DNA of 63,021 nucleotides, filler included, from Welwitschia mirabilis (Eukaryota): assembly GCA_051453625.1 (NCBI GenBank). It is 4 parts of one record of this genome, joined end to end, with 100 filler letters (N's around TTAATTAATTAA, not from the genome) between each part and the next. Parts side by side here need not be neighbours in the genome. Positions count along the whole stretch, not along the records: positions 15,300 to 27,801 come from JBOZIK010000001.1; positions 27,902 to 40,256 come from JBOZIK010000001.1; positions 40,357 to 63,021 come from JBOZIK010000001.1; 1 more part is not named here. The stretch is one strand, 5' to 3'. Position numbers and translations under genes: made by a program. This document shows, one piece after another, positions 25,546-40,721 of the stretch (positions are counted from its first letter, which is position 1; every line of letters starts with the position of its first letter). Under the pieces are notes generated by a model. It made no database searches, was not told where the DNA came from, and worked only from the letters and a program-made list of their open reading frames with translations.

Positions 25546-27250
25546 ATGAATCATAATTAAAAAACCATTATAGAACTTCTTTCTAAAAGGAGAAGAAACT
25601 TGCAAAATGATGAGAACATTGATAAGAAAACACTTCGAGAAATCTTTGCCGAAAGAGGGAGACCATCACAAAACCATGTTAAAAATAGGAATTGGATCCA
25701 TTCTTCTTTTTAACATACTTATTCTTTCTCCTCTTATTTTCAAACCTCATATCAAGATAATGATGAAGATTCACTATGTTTTAGGGATTCCACCTCATTT
25801 AGACACACCTCTTACAATCATCGTTTTCAATCCCAATCATCTTTCATGCTTTACTACCAAGAAAAATCATCTTCTATCAACTATTATGAAGAAGAAAAAG
25901 ATCCATTAAGAGAAATTATAAACACCAATAAAAACTTAGAATGATTAGTTGAAAACTTGTAATAATCTCTTTTANNNNNNNNNNNNNNNNNNNNNNNNNN
26001 NNNNNNNNNNNNNNNNNNNNNNNNNNNNNNNNNNNNNNNNNNNNNNNNNNNNNNNNNNNNNNNNNNNNNNNNNNNNNNNNNNNNNNNNNNNNNNNNNNNN
26101 NNNNNNNNNNNNNNNNNNNNNNNNNNNNNNNNNNNNNNNNNNNNNNNNNNNNNNNNNNNNNNNNNNNNNNNNNNNNNNNNNNNNNNNNNNNNNNNNNNNN
26201 NNNNNNNNNNNNNNNNNNNNNNNNNNNNNNNNNNNNNNNNNNNNNNAATTCCACCTCATTTAGACAAACTTCTTATAATCATCTTTTTCAATCCCAATCA
26301 TCTTCCATGCATTGTAACCAAGAAGAACCATATTCTATCAACTACTATAAAGAATAAAAAGATCCATTAAGATAAATGATAGGTGAAATAATGAAAAAAC
26401 CAAGGAAACACCAATAAGATCTTGGAAAAATTAGTTGAAAACTTGTAACAATCTCTTTTACAGATTCAAGGATCTTTGACAACACAATATCCTTACAACT
26501 ATTTCACTCCATCCTACCTTGATGAAAATAAAGAAAACTTAGAAATTACTAATGATGATGATTATTGCTTTCAACTTGAAGATGTACTTATGAATCAAAC
26601 TTCAACATCCTACTCATTAGAAGATAAGAAAAAGTAGATAATAATAGCACAACTCAACATTTCAACAATTAGGATGAAGATGACCACCTATTAGAGAATT
26701 ATATTGAGATATTAGATTATACTCCTATCATTCATTAACACCTAGATAATCAAGACATGAATCCAATCAAGAGAAAACTGAGAACCGTTTAATCAATGAT
26801 GAAGATAATGCTCTTGTTTCTCTTGATAATCTTTTTGATGAATCCAATCATTTAGAGAGTGAAAGTAATCTTCAACAAAAGAAGGAAGACATAGTCACAA
26901 CCAATGAAGATAAAAATATAATCCAACCACATAATGACATAGATACTAGTAAAAAAATTGAAAGTAATAAAGGATCCTTAGAAATTCATTTCAACTTCAT
27001 AGAGAATAGACTTGTTCATTTCACTCATATTTCTAAATTTTTCCCATCTATGCCTTCATGTTCAATTGCAAATTACATCCTTCCCTCCACCCCCCATTCC
27101 ATTTCTATTTCCACCCTTATAATGATAATCTTTATCCATCCCTTTGAATTACACCTTCATATAATTCTCAAGACCATGTTCCCTTCCTTGACTGTTATAA
27201 CATCCATGACTTTGAAGAGTCTATTTCTCCTTATTTCCATGCTAACTTAA
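25546..27250 (+). pseudogene. Degenerate acidic/Asn-rich internal ORF of A1 (no recognisable gag core or pol)
   Basis: KTLREIFAERG, INYYEEEKDPLREI and QTSTSYSLED motifs are shared with 29090-32200 and 46739-48400. Confidence 0.5.
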
Positions 27251-27670
27251 GTGTATTTGATAGGGTATTTTGAGTTGTTTTGCAGATAAACTAACAAATA
27301 AATGCCTAGTTCCTATGACANNNNNNNNNNNNNNNNNNNNNNNNNNNNNNNNNNNNNNNNNNNNNNNNNNNNNNNNNNNNNNNNNNNNNNNNNNNNNNNN
27401 NNNNNNNNNNNNNNNNNNNNTCTTCAGACATTCATATATCTATGAACTTCATTTTGAAGGAAGATATCTTGATTTTTTTTTTCTTTCAATGGTGTGAGTA
27501 ATAAGTTGTTTTAGCATGTTCTTCCTTGTTATTTATCTCTTCACTTCAATTTTATCCTTATGAGTATTTGGTCATGTGGAATTTATGTATCAAAAGAAAA
27601 AAAAAGAAAAGAAAAGAAAAGAAAATAATTTAGGCCATACTCTTTCATGTTATATCTTAAACCATGGCCC

Positions 27671-27801
27671 TCATGATGTCCTATCACAAGCACACTGGAG
27701 CAAATATTTCTGAGACAGGCCTTTGGCAGTGTGATCTGATAGCTATGGAAACTTCACTAGGGGGGTCAATTGGCCATGCTATGTGGGTCCTTACTCCTCT
27801 G
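27671..27801 (+). ncRNA. Conserved RNA-like motif copy in A1 (truncated by gap)
   Basis: Aligns to 14692-14858. Confidence 0.5.
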
Positions 27802-29089
27802 NNNNNNNNNNNNNNNNNNNNNNNNNNNNNNNNNNNNNNNNNNNNTTAATTAATTAANNNNNNNNNNNNNNNNNNNNNNNNNNNNNNNNNNNNNNNNNNN
27901 NGAAATCCACATAATAGGAGGTTGAAGGGAAGTAGATACATCTTGAGTATTAGAAAGACGTGCACTTGGTGGAGGGTTACATATCCTCCATTGAGACCTG
28001 ACTATTTTATAACCAAGATGCTTGTTATTCTTTTTTTAATATAAACTTTGTTTTATTTTCATATTTACATATTAGTTTATTTGATAATCTTCATAGTCTA
28101 TGTTGCCCTTGATCTGGCAACAATTTCTTGAGTGATATAGATTATCAAGGGCAGCCTTTATTAAGGCTGAAAGCAAGTAGTAATTAGTTCATTTTGCATT
28201 TGCATTTAGAATAGTTGCATCTTGCATTATGAATTGTACTTTATTTCTTTACATTTATTATTTTTTTCTAGTCCTTATATTCTTTTACAAAGTAACCTAA
28301 GTCTCATCTTATAGACTTCAATATGAATATAGCATTTTTGGTCTACTCTCATTCATACTAGTATGATGTATTATGTAAGATATTTATTTTGGTTATAAAT
28401 GACAGAATTCCTTTAAATGTAAAAACTTGTATAAATACACATTACAACATCTTGGCGCTATTACTAGGGAAGGCTATTGAGGAGTACAAGAGTTGTCATC
28501 ATTCAAGTGAGTATATTAGACCTCTGTTCAGTTATTTGTCTATGCAATATTGTATTTTATTAGGAGCTATAGGTTTTCTGTGTGCAATATTTCATTTTTA
28601 GTTTTCTATAAAAATTTTTGATCATCTTCTCTGTCATCCTCACAACAAAAGAGGATGAAAATTTGTAGTTTTTATTTTTAATTTTATTTTTGAATTTTGA
28701 TTTTTCTATAACAAATTAGTTTTCATCCTCTCTTGTGATGTCTGAACAATCATGTGGATGACAATCCTGTTTTTTGTATTTTTTTCTTTCTATTTTAGTT
28801 ATGGTTCTATTTTTGTTTTTGTATTTTCTGTGTGTGTGTGTCATTCCATCTCTCATTCCCATGACATATAGGATAATAGTGTTCTTTGATTTATTTTTTG
28901 GTGTTTTTTATTTGCAAGTATTATGACATCGTCGATCTAGAAAAAGGCTTATTAGAGAAAAAAGGGCTACTGGTAGAAGAAAGTATTAGAGAAGAATAGG
29001 AACATAAACTCATTTTATTTTTAAAACTTGATCATCTCTAAGAACCTACCTTTATCTTGAACTAAGATTCTATTTTTTCCATTCTTCTT

Positions 29090-32000
29090 AAAAATGAATA
29101 GTAATAGAAGAACCCGTATAAATAGTTTTTTTAAAAGGTGTAAAAACAAATCTAAGGATAATGGTAATAAAACACTTGGAAAAATTCTTGCTAAAAAAAG
29201 GAGAAAAGAATTTGAGGAGAATGGTAAGAAAACATTTAAAGAGATTTTTACAAAAAAGGGAGGCCAACATTCAAAAATTTTGAGAGTAGGAATAGGGCCT
29301 ATTCCTCTTTTCAATCACGTTATTATTTCCCCTTTCTTTTTCAAAATACATATAGAACTAATGATGAAAATCTTAGAGATTCAACCTCATACAATTATTT
29401 TTACCCATCTCATCCATCTTTAATAAACTACTATGAAGAAGAAAAGGATCCAAAAAAGAAATGATAGAACTATGTAAAAACATAGAAAATACCAATAGAT
29501 GACTAAAAAAATTGATTGAAATCTTTCAATAAAATCTTCTATAAAATCAAGGATCTCTTCTAAATCCTCAAATGTATCCTTCTACATCTGACCTTGAAGA
29601 TAATAAAAATAACTTAGGAATAAATGATTATGATTCTTACTTTTAAGTTAAAAATAAAATTTTAGATCAAACTTCATCATTTTACTCATTAGAAGATGAA
29701 CAAAGTGGAGACAATGATAATTCAACTATAACTCGTAAAAATGAAGATGAGGATGGCAATTTAGATGATGATGTTGAGGTATTTAAAAATCATTCATTAA
29801 ATGAAGAATGAATTCATAAACACTCCTAAAATTCTTTAATCTATGATAGAAATGATGATCACATTTCCCCTTCTAATGNNNNNNNNNNNNNNNNNNNNNN
29901 NNNNNNNNNNNNNNNNNNNNNNNNNNNNNNNNNNNNNNNNNNNNNNNNNNNNNNNNNNNNNNNNNNNNNNNNNNNNNNNNNNNNNNNNNNNNNNNNNNNN
30001 NNNNNNNNNNNNNNNNNNNNNNNNNNNNNNNNNNNNNNNNNNNNNNNNNNNNNNNNNNNNNNNNNNNNNNNNNNNNNNNNNNNNNNNNNNNNNNNNNNNN
30101 NNNNNNNNNNNNNNNNNNNNNNNNNNNNNNNNNNNNNNNNNNNNNNNNNNNNNNNNNNNNNNNNNNNNNNNNNNNNNAAACTTCATCATTATACTCACTA
30201 TGAGATGATTAAAGAGGAGACAATAACAATTCAACTATATATTTTAATAATAAAGATGAGGATGACTATTTAGATAATGATGATAAGGTGTTAGAAATGA
30301 TTCATTAGATGAAGAATGCAATCATGAACAATCTAAAAATTCTTTAATTTATTATATAAATGATGATCATATTTCCCCTTCTAATGGAAACAACAACATG
30401 CAACAAGATGATGAGAATAGTGAAGAAGAAGAAGATGATATTGAAATTTTAGATCATATCCCAAACTTTCACATATTTTGTAAGGATGAAGGAGTTTCAC
30501 CAATACTAGAAGCCCAATTTTAAAATTNNNNNNNNNNNNNNNNNNNNNNNNNNNNNNNNNNNNNNNNNNNNNNNNNNNNNNNNNNNNNNNNNNNNNNNNN
30601 NNNNNNNNNNNNNNNNNNNNNNNNNNNNNNNNNNNNNNNNNNNNNNNNNNNNNNNNNNNNNNNNNNNNNNNNNNNNNNNNNNNNNNNNNNNNNNNNNNNN
30701 NNNNNNNNNNNNNNNNNNNNNNNNNNNNNNNNNNNNNNNNNNNNNNNNNNNNNNNNNNNNNNNNNNNNNNNNNNNNNNNNNNNNNNNNNNNNNNNNNNNN
30801 NNNNNNNNNNNNNNNNNNNNNNNNNNNNNNNNNNNNNNNNNNNNNNNNNNNNNNNNNNNNNNNNNNNNNNNNNNNNNNNNNNNNNNNNNNNNNNNNNNNN
30901 NNNNNNNNNNNNNNNNNNNNNNNNNNNNNNNNNNNNNNNNNNNNNNNNNNNNNNNNNNNNNNNNNNNNNNNNNNNNNNNNNNNNNNNNNNNNNNNNNNNN
31001 NNNNNNNNNNNNNNNNNNNNNNNNNNNNNNNNNNNNNNNNNNNNNNNNNNNNNNNNNNNNNNNNNNNNNNNNNNNNNNNNNNNNNNNNNNNNNNNNNNNN
31101 NNNNNNNNNNNNNNNNNNNNNNNNNNNNNNNNNNNNNNNNNNNNNNNNNNNNNNNNNNNNNNNNNNNNNNNNNNNNNNNNNNNNNNNNNNNNNNNNNNNN
31201 NNNNNNNNNAGAGAGGAAGAGGAATCAAGCCAAGAAAAATTAAAATATTTTTCATTAAATAATGAAAACAATGAGATCTTTTCTTTCTACAATCTTTTAA
31301 AAGATCTTTATGAGGAACCCATCAACTTAGAAAGGAACAATGATCCTTAATAAAATAAAACTAAAGAATAAGAAATAATCAATTATAAAAAAGAAAGAGA
31401 TACAATTAATGAAATAATTATCCAAACAAATAGCTCTCCAAATCACATTCTTGTCCTTGCAAGTAATAAACCACATCATCTTAAGGGCTTAAGTTAAGAA
31501 ACCTCCCAACCTCTTCCTTTGAAAACTTCATGTGCAAAAGGTAACGTATTTTTCTCATTTGCAAAGTCAACTATATCATGTGCTTTCATTGATCATTCTT
31601 TTTCAAAACAAAATTTGGAATAACTTGGAACTCTTAATTGGGGAAAGCCATATCTTCTTGATCCCAATCCATGTTTAAAAATAAATGTTAAGGAGCTTCT
31701 TAGGTATGTTAAGCCTATCTTAATCTCTTATCCTAAGAAGTTTTTTATAAATCCTTAGATCTTAAATAAAGCCTCTCATGTTCAATATTAAGCTTTAAAT
31801 GCAATTTATGTTTCAAATCCTTTATATCATGAGTTTGATAAAAGATTTTTTTTCCATAAGTTGCATGAATTTTTTGTCTTTTAAATTAATTCTTATGAAA
31901 ATAAATTCATATTTGCTTATGCAAAATTGAAAAATTCTTATTTTCTTCTTAAGAATCCATGTCTTAAATCTAATGATAGAAAACATTTTAAACATTTTTC

Positions 32001-32200
32001 AAAATCATTTTGGAAAATTTCTTTGAGTCCCATTTCACATGTCTTTTTCAAAGATGCTCAAGCTTCACAAAGTTTTTATAAGAGATTATTTTTCAATAAC
32101 ACTTATCATTTCTTTATCTCTTATTTAAATTCTAAAATCTATGTTATTCAAGTGTTATCTTTTTATTCTCTCTTCTTCTAATTGATTTTACTGAAAAATG
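29090..32200 (+). pseudogene. Degenerate acidic internal ORF of B1 with internal tandem duplications
   Basis: KTLGKILAKKRRKEFEENGKKTFKEIF; LGTLNWGKPYLLDPNPCLKINVKELL is shared with the A2 ORF. Confidence 0.5.
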
Positions 32201-33177
32201 ATCACATACCTTTCATGTTTTATCAATCGGTAAATATTTGATTTGGACCTTATTTTTCTGAAAGAATACAAATATCTTGATACCATATTTATTTTGCTTT
32301 CTCTTTTTCTTTTCAATAAAAGTGTGAGTTAGATTTTTAGGATTTAAATATAGTTTTCTTGCCTTGATATTTCCTTTTGACTTTCTTAATACTTTTGATC
32401 TTGATTTTTAGTTCTTTATTTTAATAGTCTCTATTTTCTATTTTTAGTTTTTGTTTTCTACTTATAATTTAAATTTTCAATTTTTTTCTATCATAATAAT
32501 CTATTATCTCATATGTCATCCTCCTAATAATGAGGACAACAGTCAGTTTTGCTACTTTTCAAGTTTTCTGATATTTTTTTTTTAATTTTCTGTTTTTCTA
32601 TTTTTGTTGTCCTCTTTGTCGTCTGGGTGATAAGTAGGATGATAGTTAATAAAATGTTGATTTTTTTTTCTATTTTGAGAAAATATATTTTTATGGCTTT
32701 GTTAAGATTTATAACTTGATTGCTTAAGAATTGTAGGGAAAAAAAGGGTAAAATTTGAAATTACATGAGCTAACCATTTGAATTTTTTTCTTAGCTTTTT
32801 TCCTTGGAAGATTATTATGGCATTACTTGATTATCTTTAAAACATGCTTTATATATTTATTTCCATGATTAGTCTTTTAACTTGGACATCTATAGTGGTA
32901 AGATTAGATTCATCCAATCTTATAACATTTACACATCCATGAACTTCAGTTTGAAGGAAGATGTTTTATTTTTTATGTTTATCTTAATGGTGAAAAGATC
33001 CTAGATTATTTAACAGTGTTCTTTTCTATCTTAAATCTTCTAACTTTTATCTTTATATTTTGAAATCATTTGATCATGTGAAACATTATTTTATTTTATA
33101 TATATATAAACACATAAAAAAAAAGTGAAATAAAGACTATGATGTTTTATATTTATGCTATCTCAAAAACATGGTCA

Positions 33178-33334
33178 CCATGATATCTTACTGCAAGTAC
33201 ACTAGGGTAAATATTTCTAAGAGGAGCCTTTGGTAGTGTAATATGGTAATTATAGGAACTCCACTTTGAGGTCAATTGGCCATGCTTCATAGATCCTTAC
33301 TTCTCTGATTGTGATTGCACTCTCCTCATTATGG
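33178..33334 (+). ncRNA. Conserved RNA-like motif copy in B1
   Basis: CCATGATA…CATTATGG termini; aligns to the other copies. Confidence 0.5.
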
Positions 33335-36266
33335 ATAATAAAATTGTATTTAAACTTTAAGGCTATGGAATTAGTGGTGTTTCTAGTATCATTAGAAGCA
33401 TTGCTTATTTCCTAGACTCTTAGTCTATCCATATGATTATTTCATTTCTTGAGATTTGGGTGTTTATTTCAAGATGATGGTAGGAGAGTTCATTTTTGAG
33501 CAAGGTCTGATCATTTATTATCTAAAGAATTTTACTCTAGTAGTGTTATAATCACTACCTTATCAAATGAAATTTTTGTACATTAAGTCATGCATTTTCC
33601 ACATCAAATGATGTTATCATTTCTTTCATTGGAGTCTACTAGATTAAAATATTAGATTGGTGAGCTATCTTTTGTTTATGTTATCTTATGTCCAGAATTC
33701 TTGTTTCCTTTTATGGTTTGGTTAGTTATTTTAAAGTCATTACCATATTCTTTGGCATAGTTTTCTTATTTAAGTTTTCAATAAAAGATAATTTCTTTCT
33801 TAAATAAGTGTTCTTTTTAGATTATTTAAGCCTTTAATAAAAGATAATTTCTTTCTTAGATAAGTGTTCTTTTTAGATTTTTAGTGTTGTAAGTGCTGCT
33901 CATGTTATTTTTATGATGAAACATTTGTATTGTTCACTCTTTTTCACTTATCAAAATATTTCATATCTCTATAATTTTCAAATTTGACATTACTCAGATT
34001 TTCACTTCATTTTGGAAAGTTATCCTCTTTTACCTACCTTCTCACTCCCATCCACTTTCTTTGCTTTATTTTCTAATATGGGACATTTTGTTTTTCCTCT
34101 GGGAGGTTAGGCAAAGACCCATTTTCATGGATTATTTTCAAAATTTTTTAACTTAATTCAAATCTTTTATGAGATACAATTTTCAAAATTTATATACATA
34201 TTAAGGATTACTTGTTATTTATTTATGTAATGTGTTTTATAATCCTATTTTATAACTTTAATATTTATCTTTTGAAAAACAAATTAGCTCACAATTATGG
34301 TTTTTCCACTTGATTTTTATTAGGAATTGATAACGACTAAGTAAAGGACTATGTTGCACTATTAATTTGTGTTTATTTAATGGAGTTTTATGAGTTTTTT
34401 TTGCAGGACTTTTACATAGGTTTAAATGCAATTCTCAGGATTTTGAAGATACAAGAGGAAATCTTAGAAATATGTGATTCTTATTCAAATTTGATGTATT
34501 AAAAGCACTTTCTAATTCACTATTGCACAGCTAATTTATGATTATTTGATGGGTTTTATGAATTATTTTACGAAACTTTTATATAGGTTCAAGTGTAATT
34601 CTGATGATGCTGGAGATACAAGAAGAAATCTAAAAAAAGTGTAATTATTATCCAAATTTGATACATTAAAGGCAATTTCTGATGAATAGAGTTTTGAAAA
34701 AGAATTCATAATAGAAATGCTAAGTTCTCTTCAAAGAAATCATTAAAGAAAACCGTTGTCCCCTTCGTTGTTCACACGATAGACATAACGTCAACTGCTA
34801 ATGTGTACTGTTGAGTCGTCCTTTTGAAAATATATTATAATGTACAATCATTCCCCATGTTATCTGAATAACATCCTAGATGATACTAATATGCAACTAT
34901 CACTGATAGATTCCCTTAGCCATTTTGTCCATTTCTGAATCCTTAATAAGCATGCCTAACTACACCTTTTATCTATGCCTTTTATTGTATTTTCCTATAA
35001 ATAAGTCCCCCTTTGACTCTCCTTATAATCTCTGATGCATTAAATATTCTTGTAATAGAAGAGCGAAGGACGCAAGATCTATCTTGAGCATTGTAGAAAA
35101 ACATGCACTTGGTGTAGGCCTATGTATCCTTCATTGAGGCCCAACTATTTTGTAACTGAGACACTTGTTACTTTTTTAATATAAATATTGGTTTTATTTT
35201 CATGTTTGCATGTTAGGTTTTTTTAATAACCCTTATAGTCTAATGTTGCCCTTGATCTAGTGACATTTTCTTAGGTGATATAGATTATCAAAGACATTCT
35301 TTGTTAAGGATAAAAGTAAGTAGGTTTAGGATTATTATTTGCATTGCATGTTAGTTTAGATTGCATTTTGCATCTTACATGATACTTTATTTTCTTATAT
35401 TATTATTTATTTTTGATTTCTAGTTTATTTGCAATACAACCTGAGTCTCATACTCATAGACTTTAACGTGGATACAACATTTTGAGTTAGCTCCCATTAT
35501 ACGAGTGTGATGTATTATGCAAAATATCTATTTTAATTATTAATGACAGGATCTCTTTGAATATAAAAGATTGCATAAATACACATCATAACATTTTAGT
35601 ATCATTACTAGGAAAGGCTATCAAGGAGTACAAGGGTTATCATTATTTAGATAAGTATTTTGACCTCTGTCTGTGTAGTGCTGTATTTTATTAGGAGCTT
35701 TAGGTTTTCTATATGTTGTATTTCAGTTTTATTTTTTTCGATTTATATTTTTTGTAAAAAAGTGTGGTCATCTCCTCTGTCATCCCCATGATAGTCAGAA
35801 CGATAGTCTATTTTTTTATTTTTAGTTTATTTTTAAATTGTGATTTTTTCTATAATAAATTAGTCTTTGTTATCTCTTGTGACCTCCAGACAATCAAGTT
35901 GATGACAAGCCTATTTTTTGTATTTTCTGCTTTATGTTTTAGTTTTGGTTCTGTTTTTATTTTTTTGTTTTCTGTGTGCATCATCTCCTCTGTCATCTGC
36001 ATAATAGACAGGATGATGATCTATTATTTTTTTGATCTATTTTTTATTGTTTACTATTTATAGATGCTATTATATGGTTAACTTAGGAAATAAATATCTA
36101 AAAAAAAGAGTAGCTAATAGAAAAGAACCTCAAAGAAGGACTAGTGGAAATAAAAGATGAATCAGAAAAACAATCTCCAGGTGTACTTAATCCTCTTTTT
36201 GAATTTATTTTTTTTGAATTTAATTTCCTTAATAAAAAACCTATAAAAAAAGAGAACCAAACTACA

Positions 36267-38900
36267 ATGTCGAGTGCTTCTCATAAATAAAAACAAGTAG
36301 TAGGATCTTCTATTAATCTTACCCTTAGAGAATTATTAGCCAATAAAAAAGGTAAATTCAAAAACCTTTTTACCTATCACTAGGAGATGATGTAGAGCTC
36401 AAAAATTTACATGCCTATCTAAATTTTAGTGGAGAAGATGATGAGGATCCCCTTTAACACATTGGTGATATTGAACAACTTATCTTTACCTCGGAAAATG
36501 GGAAGAAAAAAATAATGAATAAAACATATATGATAATCTTCTCCATAACATTAAAGGGTAAGGTAAAACTTTGGCTAAAAACTTTACCTCAAAAAAGCCT
36601 AAAAACATGGGATCAAATCTAGGAAACCTTTATGAAAATATTAATGAGTGAAGAAACTATTAGAAAAAGAAAAAAGGAGATAACAAACTTCCAATAAAAA
36701 CCAAATGATGACTATGCCTCCACATATGAGCGTTTCTTTATAGTAATCCACTCTAATCTAGTAGAGGATTTTTCATCAACAAAACTAATAAACTATTTTT
36801 ATATTGAGCTAACTCTACACATAAAATAAATTGTAGATTTTTTTTTAATGAAGAAAATCTCATGAATCTTACTTTAGAAGAGGGATAAACAAAATTAAAA
36901 GAACTTGTGGAGGTTAGTAAAACTTAATCAATACTTAAAGAAAATCAAACGATAAACCAAATCATCAAGGACTTAAAACAAGTAAAGTAATAAAAATAAG
37001 TAGAAGACAACCCTACAAATTCTATAAGGGAATTTATAACAACCTTAGAGAAATATGTAAAAATGATCTTAGATGCTAANNNNNNNNNNNNNNNNNNNNN
37101 NNNNNNNNNNNNNNNNNNNNNNNNNNNNNNNNNNNNNNNNNNNNNNNNNNNNNNNNNNNNNNNNNNNNNNNNNNNNNNNTCTATGCTATTATTTAATTTT
37201 GATTTTTTAGATTTAATTTTATGTAAAAAAAGTATGATTGTCCCCTCTATCGTCCCCATAACAGACAGGATGATAGCCTGCTATTTTTGTTTTTGGTTTA
37301 TTTTTGGATTGCAATTTTTTCTATAATAAATTATTCTTTACTGTCTCTTCTGATGTTTAGACAACCAGGTGGACGACAGGCTCTCTTTTATGTTTTTTAC
37401 TTTCTATTTTAGTTTCAGTTCTATTTCTATTTTTCTGGTTTTTGTGTTTATCATCTAGATGATAGATAAAATGATGGTCTATTTTTTAATCATTTTCTAT
37501 TATTTACTAGTTATAAGATGTTATGATATGATCAACTTAAAGAAGAAATATTTGACAGAAAAGCAACTTATAGAAAAGAACCTCAAAGAACAACTAGTAA
37601 AAATAGAAGATAAATTGGAAAGACAATCTCCAAGTGCACTCAATTTCCCTTCTAAATTTATTTTTTCTAAATATAATTCCTTTAACAAAAAAAATAGTAG
37701 AAGGAGATAATCAAATCACAATGTCGATTACCTCTCATAAACAAAAACAAGTCATAGGATCTTTTACCTCTAATGAAAACCTTATCCTTAGAGAATGATT
37801 GGCCAATAAGAAATGTAAATTCAAACACCATTTGACCTACCCCTAGGAGATGATGTAGAGCTCAAACATTTACATGCCTACCCAACTTTTAGTGGAGAAG
37901 ATGATGAGGATCCCATAACACATTGTAGAGATGGAACAACTTATCCTCACCTTGGGAAATAGGAAGAAAAAATAATGCATAAAACTTATATGGTAATCTT
38001 TTCCATGATATTAAAAGGTAGGGCAAAACTTTGGCTAAAGAATTTACCCAATAAGATCTTTAAAACATGGGATTAAGTTTGGGAAACTTTTGTGAAAAGA
38101 TTCATAAGTGAATAAACTATAAGAAAGAGAAAAAGAAATATAACAAACTTTCAATAAAAACCAATGAAGACTATGCCTCCATATATGAGCATTTCTTTGT
38201 AACAGTCCATTCTAATCTAGTAAATGCCTTTTCAAGGTAGAACAACTAAACTACTTTTATAGTGGGCTAACTCCACACACAAAAGAACTTACAGATTCTT
38301 CTTGTGGAGGAAATCTCATGAACCTTACACTAGATGATGGCTAGAAAAATTTATAAGAACTTGTAGATGTTAGTAAAACTTAGTTAACTCTAAAGAAAAT
38401 TAAATTATTAGGCCAACTCATTAAGGACTTAAATTAAGTAAAGATACAAAAAGAGGTAGAAGATAACCCTATAAATTCTATGAGGGAATTTATAAAAACC
38501 TTCAAGAAGTATGCAAAAATGATCTTAGATACTAAAACCATAACTGAAAGAAATGTTGTGCCAACTTGTGATTTATGTAAGGACAACTATCATATCATCA
38601 AATATTATCCTCTTTTACCAACTTACAAAGAAAAATTTATGAAGAAGTTTGTACTTTCAATTAACCATCTTAAAACTTTCGAAACCAAAATCAGGCATAA
38701 TCAAGGTTAAACACAAATTTTCAAAACAATCCTCAACCATTAACTGAAAGAAATGTTGTGCCAACTTGTGTTTTAGGTAAGGACAACTATCATATGATTA
38801 AATATTATCCTCTTTTACCAACTTAAAAAGAAAAAATTCATGAAGAAGTTTGTACTTTTAATTAACCATCTTAAAACTTTTGAAACCAAAATCAGGCGCA
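36267..38900 (+). pseudogene. gag: Degenerate Athila-type gag, present twice (36267-37079 and 37721-38900)
   Basis: CLPNFSGEDDEDP, IFSITLKGKVKLWLKTLP…KTWDQ, ITNFQxKPN, knuckle CDLCKDNYH. Confidence 0.8.
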
Positions 38901-39519
38901 ATTCAAAAATGTAAACTACCCACCAAGTTCATCAAACTTTTATTATCTAAATGAGTAACTCATAAACCTTATGGATGAAAATATTTTTCAACAAACAATC
39001 TTAGCAAACTAAAGACCTTAACTAGCTTTACCTACACAACCTTTACCCAACTCAAATGAACTAAAAAGAGATTACAAGGTTATGATAAGAAGTGGATAAT
39101 AAACAAACCCTCTTTCATGTGAACCTTCCATCTTCTAGAATAATGAAGAAAGAGAGGAAGAGGACATTGAAATTTTAGATAATTACAACTTCCCTTCTCT
39201 TGGCAAAAAAAATAAAATAAAATAAAGAAAGAAAAGTGTGTCTACCTCTTTTCTTGATAGGCTTAACAACAATTCAACTTTTAATGATCATTTAAAATTG
39301 TTAATAAAAACATAAGCATAAACTTACCATTTTGGAAAGTTTTACAAGAAAATCCAAGATACTAAAAACTATGGAAATACTTAGTCAGAAGAAAATAAAA
39401 ATGAGTCATCCTTAGTAAGGTATTTCTTACCCAATCCCTTACAAATTTAGTGTTACAAAAATCACCCAAATTTAAAGATCTAGGAGCATAAACGGTAATG
39501 TTACTATAGAGGGAAACAA

Positions 39520-39880
39520 AAAGATAATAAAAGATTTGATTGACATTGGAGTGAGTGTTAACATTATGCCACTCTACACTTATAAGAGACTTGTTTTGGA
39601 GGATAGAATAGAGCCTACCTTGGTTGTCTTAGAATTAGTAGATGCATTAGTTAAGAAAGCATTAAGCGTCATAAAAAATTTAGTAATACGAATTGAAGAG
39701 GCTTGCTATCCAATTAATGTGATTATCATAAACGTTGAGCATAACATAGGATATCCTTTACTTTTGGGTAAAGCCTTTTATACAATAGCCCACTGCATCA
39801 TTGATACAAGAACAGGAACCATGAAATGTCATTTTGGAAATAGAACTTTCACAATTAGAGTCTTTAATGTAGCTGAGAAA
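39520..39880 (+). pseudogene. Aspartic protease domain of B2
   Basis: ORF 39536: IDIGVSVNIMPLYTYKRL…YPINVII…PLLLGKAFYTIAHCIID. Confidence 0.85.
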
Positions 39881-40564
39881 GATTTGGATGATGATGATAT
39901 GAACATTAAAGAGAATGTTAAATCTACTTTATTTTTGCAACATCACCCACTTGAAAAAAGAGAGATGAAACCAAAAGAGCATGTGCTTTGTGCTGATCAA
40001 CTTAAGAATGAAGAAGAAAATAAACCTTTTGAGTATGAGGAAGTCCCACTTGTTAAGAAAAATCATAAGGAATATTGTCCATTTCATAAGCTAAAAATTA
40101 AGAACCATAAATTGAATTTGAAAAAGAAAAATTTTTTTAATGGACCTAAAAATAATTTTTTGGGTAATGTTCCAAATAAAACTCTTGCATTTCATGAAAA
40201 TCTTTCACTTAAATTACTTTTCTCTTCTCTTTGACTTCCAAAATTTGTACTTTGATNNNNNNNNNNNNNNNNNNNNNNNNNNNNNNNNNNNNNNNNNNNN
40301 TTAATTAATTAANNNNNNNNNNNNNNNNNNNNNNNNNNNNNNNNNNNNNNNNNNNNTCAATTGAGGAAAGATGCTTTATTTTTATGTTTTTTTCAATGGT
40401 GAACAGGTCTTAGATTATTTAAGAGTGTTCTTTTCTGTATTAATCTTTTTAACTTTGACCTTTATCTTTAAAGTATTTGGTCATGTGGAATGTTGTTTTA
40501 TTTTCAAAAAAAAAGTGAAATTAAAATCATGATGTTTTATATTTATATCTCAATAATATGGTCA

Positions 40565-40721
40565 CCATGATGTGCTATTGTAGGTATATTAGGGCAAATA
40601 TTTCTAAGAGGAGCCTTTGGCAGTGTAATATGGTAGCTGTGAAAACTCCACTAGGAGGTCAGTTGGCCATGCTTTGTAGGTCCTTACTTCTCTGATAGTG
40701 GTTTCACTCCCTTTATCATAG
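40565..40721 (+). ncRNA. Conserved RNA-like motif copy in B2
   Basis: Aligns to the other copies; ATGGTAGCTG/CAGTTGGCCAT stem is intact. Confidence 0.5.

Noticed and set aside
1638-31271. Long ORFs in the track dominated by X
   Set aside because: Artefacts of translating N gaps.
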